Origin: Eledone cirrhosa
Taxonomy: Eukaryota
NCBI GenBank assembly: GCA_964016885.1
Contig: OZ024748.1
Location: 48,236,001-48,300,000 of the forward strand
DNA: 64,000 nucleotides
Direction of reading: 5' to 3'
Part shown: positions 53,101-64,000 of the stretch, one piece after another
How the letters are laid out: each line of letters begins with the position of its first letter
Position numbering within the stretch: position 1 is the stretch's first letter
Program-made: the position numbers and the translations under genes
Notes under the pieces: generated by a model
Seen by the model: only the letters and a program-made list of their open reading frames with translations
What the model was told of the DNA's origin: nothing
Databases searched by the model: none

Positions 53101-56100
53101 CACACTGATACAGGTATGCACACAGACACACACTGATACAGGTATGCACACAGACACACACTGATACAGGTATGCACAGACACACACACTGATACAGGTA
53201 TGCACACAGACACACACACTGATACAGGTATGCACACAGACACACACACTGATACAGGTATGCACACAGACACACACACTGATACAGGTATGCACACAGA
53301 CACACACTGATACAGGTATGCACACAGACACACACTGATACAGGTATGCACACAGACACACACTGATACAGGTATGCACACAGACACACACACTGATACA
53401 GGTATGCACACAGACACACACACTGATACAGGTATGCACACAGACACACACACTGATACAGGTATGCACACAGACACACACTGATACAGGTATGCACACA
53501 GACACACACTGATACAGGTATGCACACAGACACACACACTGATACAGGTATGCACACAGACACACACTGATACAGGTATGCACACAGACACACACACTGA
53601 TACAGGTATGCACACAGACACACACACTGATACAGGTATGCACACAGACACACACACTGATACAGGTATGCACACAGACACACACTGATACAGGTATGCA
53701 CACAGACACACACACTGATACAGGTATGCACACAGACACACACACTGATACAGGTATGCACACAGACACACACACTGATACAGGTATGCACAGACACACA
53801 CACTGATACAGGTATGCACACAGACACACACTGATACAGGTATGCACACAGACACACACACTGATACAGGTATGCACACAGACACACACTGATACAGGTA
53901 TGCACACAGACACACACTGATACAGGTATGCACACAGACACACACACTGATACAGGTATGCACACAGACACACACACTGATACAGGTATGCACACAGACA
54001 CACACACTGATACAGGTATGCACACAGACACACACACTGATACAGGTATGCACACAGACACACACACTGATACAGGTATGCACACAGACACACACTGATA
54101 CAGGTATGCACACAGACACACACACTGATACAGGTATGCACACAGACACACACACTGATACAGGTATGCACACAGACACACACACTGATACAGGTATGCA
54201 CACAGACACACACACTGATACAGGTATGCACACAGACACACACACTGATACAGGTATGCACACAGACACACACTGATACAGGTATGCACAGACACACACA
54301 CTGATACAGGTATGCACACAGACACACACACTGATACAGGTATGCACACAGACACACACACTGATACAGGTATGCACACAGACACACACACTGATACAGG
54401 TATGCACACAGACACACACACTGATACAGGTATGCACACAGACACACACACTGATACAGGTATGCACACAGACACACACTGATACAGGTATGCCACAGAC
54501 ACACACACTGATACAGGTATGCACACAGACACACACTGATACAGGTATGCACCAGACACACACACTGATACAGGTATGCACACAGACACACACACTGATA
54601 CAGGTATGCACACAGACACACACACTGATACAGGTATGCACAGACACACACACTGATACAGGTATGCACACAGACACACACACTGATACAGGTATGCACA
54701 GACACACACACTGATACAGGTATGCACACAGACACACACTGATACAGGTATGCACACAGACACACACACTGATACAGGTATGCACACAGACACACACACT
54801 GATACAGGTATGCACAGACACACACACTGATACAGGTATGCACACAGACACACACACTGATACAGGTATGCACACAGACACACACACTGATACAGGTATG
54901 CACACAGACACACACACTGATACAGGTATGCACACAGACACACACACTGATACAGGTATGCACACAGACACACACACTGATACAGGTATGCACACAGACA
55001 CACACACTGATACAGGTATGCACACAGACACACACTGATACAGGTATGCACACAGACACACACACTGATACAGGTATGCACACAGACACACACACTGATA
55101 CAGGTATGCACACAGACACACACACTGATACAGGTATGCACACAGACACACACACTGATACAGGTATGCACACAGACACACACACTGATACAGGTATGCA
55201 CACAGACACACACTGATACAGGTATGCACACAGACACACACTGATACAGGTATGCACACAGACACACACTGATACAGGTATGCACACAGACACACACACT
55301 GATACAGGTATGCACACAGACACACACTGATACAGGTATGCACACAGACACACACACTGATACAGGTATGCACACAGACACACACTGATACAGGTATGCA
55401 CAGACACACACACTGATACAGGTATGCACACAGACACACACTGATACAGGTATGCACACAGACACACACTGATACAGGTATGCACACAGACACACACACT
55501 GATACAGGTATGCACACAGACACACACTGATACAGGTATGCACACAGACACACCACTGATACAGGTATGCACACAGACACACACTGATACAGGTATGCAC
55601 ACAGACACACACACTGATACAGGTATGCACAGACACACACACTGATACAGGTATGCACACAGACACACACTGATACAGGTATGCACACAGACACACACAC
55701 TGATACAGGTATGCACACAGACACACACTGATACAGGTATGCACACAGACACACACACTGATACAGGTATGCACACAGACACACACACTGATACAGGTAT
55801 GCACACAGACACACACACTGATACAGGTATGCACACAGACACACACACTGATACAGGTATGCACACAGACACACACACTGATACAGGTATGCACACAGAC
55901 ACACACACTGATACAGGTATGCACACAGACACACACACTGATACAGGTATGCACACAGACACACACTGATACAGGTATGCACACAGACACACACTGATAC
56001 AGGTATGCACACAGACACACACACTGATACAGGTATGCACACAGACACACACTGATACAGGTATGCACACAGACACACACACTGATACAGGTATGCACAC

Positions 56101-59100
56101 AGACACACACACTGATACAGGTATGCACACAGACACACACTGATACAGGTATGCACAGACACACACACTGATACAGGTATGCACACAGACACACACACTG
56201 ATACAGGTATGCACACAGACACACACTGATACAGGTATGCACACAGACACACACTGATACAGGTATGCACACAGACACACACACTGATACAGGTATGCAC
56301 ACAGACACACACTGATACAGGTATGCACACAGACACACACTGATACAGGTATGCACACAGACACACACACTGATACAGGTATGCACACAGACACACACTG
56401 ATACAGGTATGCACACAGACACACACTGATACAGGTATGCACACAGACACACACACTGATACAGGTATGCACACAGACACACACACTGATACAGGTATGC
56501 ACACAGACACACACTGATACAGGTATGCACACAGACACACACACTGATACAGGTATGCACACAGACACACACACTGATACAGGTATGCACACAGACACAC
56601 ACTGATACAGGTATGCACACAGACACACACTGATACAGGTATGCACACAGACACACACACTGATACAGGTATGCACACAGACACACACACTGATACAGGT
56701 ATGCACACAGACACACACACTGATACAGGTATGCACACAGACACACACACTGATACAGGTATGCACACAGACACACACACTGATACAGGTATGCACACAG
56801 ACACACACTGATACAGGTATGCACACAGACACACACTGATACAGGTATGCACACAGACACACACACTGATACAGGTATGCACACAGACACACACACTGAT
56901 ACAGGTATGCACACAGACACACACTGATACAGGTATGCACACAGACACACACACTGATACAGGTATGCACACAGACACACACACTGATACAGGTATGCAC
57001 ACAGACACACACACTGATACAGGTATGCACACAGACACACACACTGATACAGGTATGCACACAGACACACACTGATACAGGTATGCACACAGACACACAC
57101 ACTGATACAGGTATGCACACAGACACACACTGATACAGGTATGCACACAGACACACACACTGATACAGGTATGCACACAGACACACACACTGATACAGGT
57201 ATGCACACAGACACACACACTGATACAGGTATGCACACAGACACACACACTGATACAGGTATGCACACAGACACACACACTGATACAGGTATGCACACAG
57301 ACACACACACTGATACAGGTATGCACACAGACACACACTGATACAGGTATGCACACAGACACACACACTGATACAGGTATGCACACAGACACACACTGAT
57401 ACAGGTATGCACACAGACACACACACTGATACAGGTATGCACACAGACACACACACTGATACAGGTATGCACACAGACACACACTGATACAGGTATGCAC
57501 ACAGACACACACACTGATACAGGTATGCACACAGACACACACACTGATACAGGTATGCACACAGACACACACACTGATACAGGTATGCACACAGACACAC
57601 ACTGATACAGGTATGCACACAGACACACACACTGATACAGGTATGCACACAGACACACACACTGATACAGGTATGCACACAGACACACACTGATACAGGT
57701 ATGCACACAGACACACACTGATACAGGTATGCACACAGACACACACACTGATACAGGTATGCACACAGACACACACACTGATACAGGTATGCACACAGAC
57801 ACACACACTGATACAGGTATGCACACAGACACACACTGATACAGGTATGCACACAGACACACACACTGATACAGGTATGCACACAGACACACACTGATAC
57901 AGGTATGCACACAGACACACACACTGATACAGGTATGCACACAGACACACACACTGATACAGGTATGCACACAGACACACACTGATACAGGTATGCACAC
58001 AGACACACACTGATACAGGTATGCACACAGACACACACACTGATACAGGTATGCACACAGACACACACACTGATACAGGTATGCACACAGACACACACTG
58101 ATACAGGTATGCACACAGACACACACACTGATACAGGTATGCACACAGACACACACACTGATACAGGTATGCACACAGACACACACTGATACAGGTATGC
58201 ACACAGACACACACACTGATACAGGTATGCACACAGACACACACACTGATACAGGTATGCACACAGACACACACACTGATACAGGTATGCACACAGACAC
58301 ACACACTGATACAGGTATGCACACAGACACACACTGATACAGGTATGCACACAGACACACACACTGATACAGGTATGCACACAGACACACACTGATACAG
58401 GTATGCACACAGACACACACACTGATACAGGTATGCACACAGACACACACACTGATACAGGTATGCACACAGACACACACTGATACAGGTATGCACACAG
58501 ACACACACACTGATACAGGTATGCACACAGACACACACACTGATACAGGTATGCACACAGACACACACACTGATACAGGTATGCACACAGACACACACTG
58601 ATACAGGTATGCACACAGACACACACACTGATACAGGTATGCACACAGACACACACACTGATACAGGTATGCACACAGACACACACACTGATACAGGTAT
58701 GCACACAGACACACACTGATACAGGTATGCACACAGACACACACTGATACAGGTATGCACACAGACACACACACTGATACAGGTATGCACACAGACACAC
58801 ACACTGATACAGGTATGCACACAGACACACACACTGATACAGGTATGCACACAGACACACACACTGATACAGGTATGCACACAGACACACACACTGATAC
58901 AGGTATGCACACAGACACACACACTGATACAGGTATGCACACAGACACACACACTGATACAGGTATGCACACAGACACACACACTGATACAGGTATGCAC
59001 ACAGACACACACACTGATACAGGTATGCACACAGACACACACACTGATACAGGTATGCACACAGACACACACTGATACAGGTATGCACACAGACACACAC

Positions 59101-62100
59101 TGATACAGGTATGCACACAGACACACACACTGATACAGGTATGCACACAGACACACACACTGATACAGGTATGCACACAGACACACACTGATACAGGTAT
59201 GCACACAGACACACACACTGATACAGGTATGCACACAGACACACACACTGATACAGGTATGCACACAGACACACACTGATACAGGTATGCACACAGACAC
59301 ACACACTGATACAGGTATGCACACAGACACACACACTGATACAGGTATGCACACAGACACACACACTGATACAGGTATGCACACAGACCACACACCTGAT
59401 ACAGGTATGCACACAGACACACACACTGATACAGGTATGCACACAGACACACACACTGATACAGGTATGCACACAGACACACACTGATACAGGTTTGCAC
59501 ACAGACACACACACTGATACAGGTATGCACACAGACACACACACTGATACAGGTATGCACACAGACACACACACTGATACAGGTATGCACACAGACACAC
59601 ACTGATACAGGTATGCACACAGACACACACTGATACAGGTATGCACACAGACACACACTGATACAGGTATGCACACAGACACACACTGATACAGGTATGC
59701 ACACAGACACACACACTGATACAGGTATGCACACAGACACACACTGATACAGGTATGCACACAGACACACACACTGATACAGGTATGCACACAGACACAC
59801 ACTGATACAGGTATGCACACAGACACACACACTGATACAGGTATGCACACAGACACACACACTGATACAGGTATGCACACAGACACACACTGATACAGGT
59901 ATGCACACAGACACACACACTGATACAGGTATGCACACAGACACACACACTGATACAGGTATGCACACAGACACACACTGATACAGGTATGCACACAGAC
60001 ACACACTGATACAGGTATGCACACAGACACACACACTGATACAGGTATGCACACAGACACACACACTGATACAGGTATGCACACAGACACACACTGATAC
60101 AGGTATGCACACAGACACACACACTGATACAGGTATGCACACAGACACACACACTGATACAGGTATGCACACAGACACACACTGATACAGGTATGCACAC
60201 AGACACACACACTGATACAGGTATGCACACAGACACACACACTGATACAGGTATGCACACAGACACACACACTGATACAGGTATGCACACAGACACACAC
60301 TGATACAGGTATGCACACAGACACACACACTGATACAGGTATGCACACAGACACACACACTGATACAGGTATGCACACAGACACACACTGATACAGGTAT
60401 GCACACAGACACACACACTGATACAGGTATGCACACAGACACACACACTGATACAGGTATGCACACAGACACACACACTGATACAGGTATGCACACAGAC
60501 ACACACTGATACAGGTATGCACACAGACACACACTGATACAGGTATGCACACAGACACACACACTGATACAGGTATGCACACAGACACACACACTGATAC
60601 AGGTATGCACACAGACACACACTGATACAGGTATGCACACAGACACACACTGATACAGGTATGCACACAGACACACACTGATACAGGTATGCACACAGAC
60701 ACACACACTGATACAGGTATGCACACAGACACACACTGATACAGGTATGCACACAGACACACACTTGTTACAGGTATGCACACAGACACACACACTGATA
60801 CAGGTATGCACACAGACACACACACTGATACAGGTATGCACACAGACACACACTGATACAGGTATGCACACAGACCACACACTGATACAGGTATGCACAC
60901 AGACACACACACTGATACAGGTATGCACACAGACACACACACTGATACAGGTATGCACACAGACACACACACTGATACAGGTATGCACACAGACACACAC
61001 ACTGATACAGGTATGCACACAGACACACACTGATACAGGTATGCACACAGACACACACACTGATACAGGTATGCACACAGACACACACTGATACAGGTAT
61101 GCACACAGACACACACACTGATACAGGTATGCACACAGACACACACTGATACAGGTATGCACACAGACACACACTGATACAGGTATGCACACAGACACAC
61201 ACACTGATACAGGTATGCACACAGACACACACACTGATACAGGTATGCACACAGACACACACACTGATACAGGTATGCACACAGACACACACTGATACAG
61301 GTATGCACACAGACACACACTGATACAGGTATGCACACAGACACACACACTGATACAGGTATGCACACAGACACACACACTGATACAGGTATGCACACAG
61401 ACACACACTGATACAGGTATGCACACAGACACACACACTGATACAGGTATGCACACAGACACACACTGATACAGGTATGCACACAGACACACACACTGAT
61501 ACAGGTATGCACACAGACACACACTGATACAGGTATGCACACAGACACACACTGATACAGGTATGCACACAGACACACACACTGATACAGGTATGCACAC
61601 AGACACACACACTGATCAGGTATGCACACAGACACACACACTGATACAGGTATGCACACAGACACACACACTGATACAGGTATGCACACAGACACACACT
61701 GATACAGGTATGCACACAGACACACACACTGATACAGGTATGCACACAGACACACACTGATACAGGTATGCACACAGACACACACCTGATACAGGTATGC
61801 ACACAGACCACACACTGATACAGGTATGCACACAGACACACACTGATACAGGTATGCACACAGACACACACACTGATACAGGTATGCACACTGACACCAC
61901 ACTGATACAGGTATGCACACAGACACACACTGATACAGGTATGCACACAGACACACACACTGATACAGGTATGCACACAGACACACACACTGATACAGGT
62001 ATGCACACAGACACACACTGATACAGGTATGCACACAGACACACACTGATACAGGTATGCACACAGACACACACACTGATACAGGTATGCACACAGACAC

Positions 62101-63522
62101 ACACTGATACAGGTATGCACACAGACACACACACTGATACAGGTATGCACACAGACACACACACTGATACAGGTATGCACACAGACACACACTGATACAG
62201 GTATGCACACAGACCACACACTGATACAGGTATGCACACAGACACACACACTGATACAGGTATGCACACAGACACACACTGATACAGGTATGCACACAGA
62301 CACACACTGATACAGGTATGCACACAGACACACACACTGATACAGGTATGCACACAGACACACACTGATACAGGTATGCACACAGACACACACTGATACA
62401 GGTATGCACACAGACACACACACTGATACAGGTATGCACACAGACACACACTGATACAGGTATGCACAGACACACACACTGATACAGGTATGCACACAGA
62501 CCACACACTGATACAGGTATGCACACAGACACACACTGATACAGGTATGCACACAGACACACACTGATACAGGTATGCACACAGACACACACTGATACAG
62601 GTATGCACACAGACACACACACTGATACAGGTATGCACACAGACACACACTGATACAGGTATGCACACAGACACACACTGATACAGGTATGCACACAGCA
62701 CACACTGATACAGGTATGCACACAGACACACACTGATACAGGTATGGCACACAGACACACACACTGATACAGGTATGCACACAGACACACACACTGATAC
62801 AGGTATGCACACAGACACACACTGATACAGTATGCACACAGACACACACTGATACAGTATGCACACAGACACACACTGATACAGGTATGCACAGACACAC
62901 ACACTGATACAGGTATGCACACAGACACACACACTGATACAGGTATGCACACAGACACACACTGATACAGGTATGCACACAGACACACACTGATACAGGT
63001 ATGCACACAGACACACACACTGATACAGGTATGCACACAGACACACACTGATACAGGTATGCACACAGACACACACACTGATACAGGTATGCACACAGAC
63101 ACACACACTGATACAGTATGCACACAGACACACACTGATACAGGTATGCACACAGACACACACACTGATACAGGTATGCACACAGACACACACACTGATA
63201 CAGGTATGCACCACAGACACACACACTGATACAGGTATGCACACAGACACACACTGATACAGGTATGCACACAGACACACACACTGAACAGGTATGCACA
63301 CAGACACACACTGATACAGGTATGCACACAGACACACACACTGATACAGGTATGCACACAGACACACACTCGATACAGGTATGCACACAGACACACACAC
63401 TGATACAGGTATGCACACAGACACACACTGATACAGGTATGCACACAGACACACACTGATACAGGTATGCACACAGACACACACACTGATACAGGTATGC
63501 ACACAGACACACACACTGATAC
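47144..63522. repeat. 16.4-kb 28/30-bp satellite
   Basis: Unit ctgatacaggtatgcacacagacacaca(ca); source of the multi-thousand-residue Cys/Val ORFs. Confidence 0.98.
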
Positions 63523-63722
63523 NNNNNNNNNNNNNNNNNNNNNNNNNNNNNNNNNNNNNNNNNNNNNNNNNNNNNNNNNNNNNNNNNNNNNNNNNNNNNN
63601 NNNNNNNNNNNNNNNNNNNNNNNNNNNNNNNNNNNNNNNNNNNNNNNNNNNNNNNNNNNNNNNNNNNNNNNNNNNNNNNNNNNNNNNNNNNNNNNNNNNN
63701 NNNNNNNNNNNNNNNNNNNNNN
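63523..63722. other. Assembly gap (200 N)
   Basis: Run of N. Confidence 1.
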
Positions 63723-64000
63723 AAGAATGGGAGAGGAATCGGGAGGCAAGGATAGCAATATAAATATATAGATCTATATGTATATATATATATGTGTATG
63801 TGTGTGTGTATATATACATGCATATATATGAGTATCATCACCGTTTAACATCCATTTTCCATGCACACATATATTCATATATATATATATAAATATATGT
63901 ATATGTGTGTGTGTGTGTGTGTATTTATATATACACATATACATATATTAATATATACATATATATAGACACACATATACATATATTAATATATACATAT

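Noticed and set aside
44092-63841. Giant Cys/Val-rich ORFs (6575, 4833 and 4218 aa)
   Set aside because: The satellite unit has no stop on the minus strand in any frame, frames switch with each 2-bp indel, and the longest ORF crosses an N gap

Overview
Eukaryotic, AT-rich, repeat-saturated non-coding DNA. The (TA)n/(CA)n/(GAT)n microsatellite load, the tRNA-derived SINE families and the RTE tails resemble an octopus/coleoid genome; this is inferred from recall, not a database result. I can support no host protein-coding gene. The long ORFs are artefacts of tandem repeats, and the only recognisable protein motifs are decayed transposon fragments: RTE, Vingi/Ingi-like, R4/Dong-like restriction-like endonuclease, L1/Tx1-like, Penelope-like RT and GIY-YIG, and mariner. 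Bases 1-44 kb hold nested SINEs, LINE remnants, MITEs, a Helitron and several minisatellites. Bases 47.1-63.5 kb are one 28/30-bp satellite that runs into a 200-N gap. The most interesting signal is RNA-level. At least six minimal hammerhead-ribozyme motifs from three sequence families occur, two or three with complete catalytic cores. They sit in short Penelope-like cassettes, mostly next to (TA)n runs, and several (TA)n-abutting cassettes carry a fold-back inverted arm. There are also two bipartite (5'UTR + 3' end) non-autonomous RTE elements with a structured 5' end. All coordinates were read by eye and may be off by a few bases.
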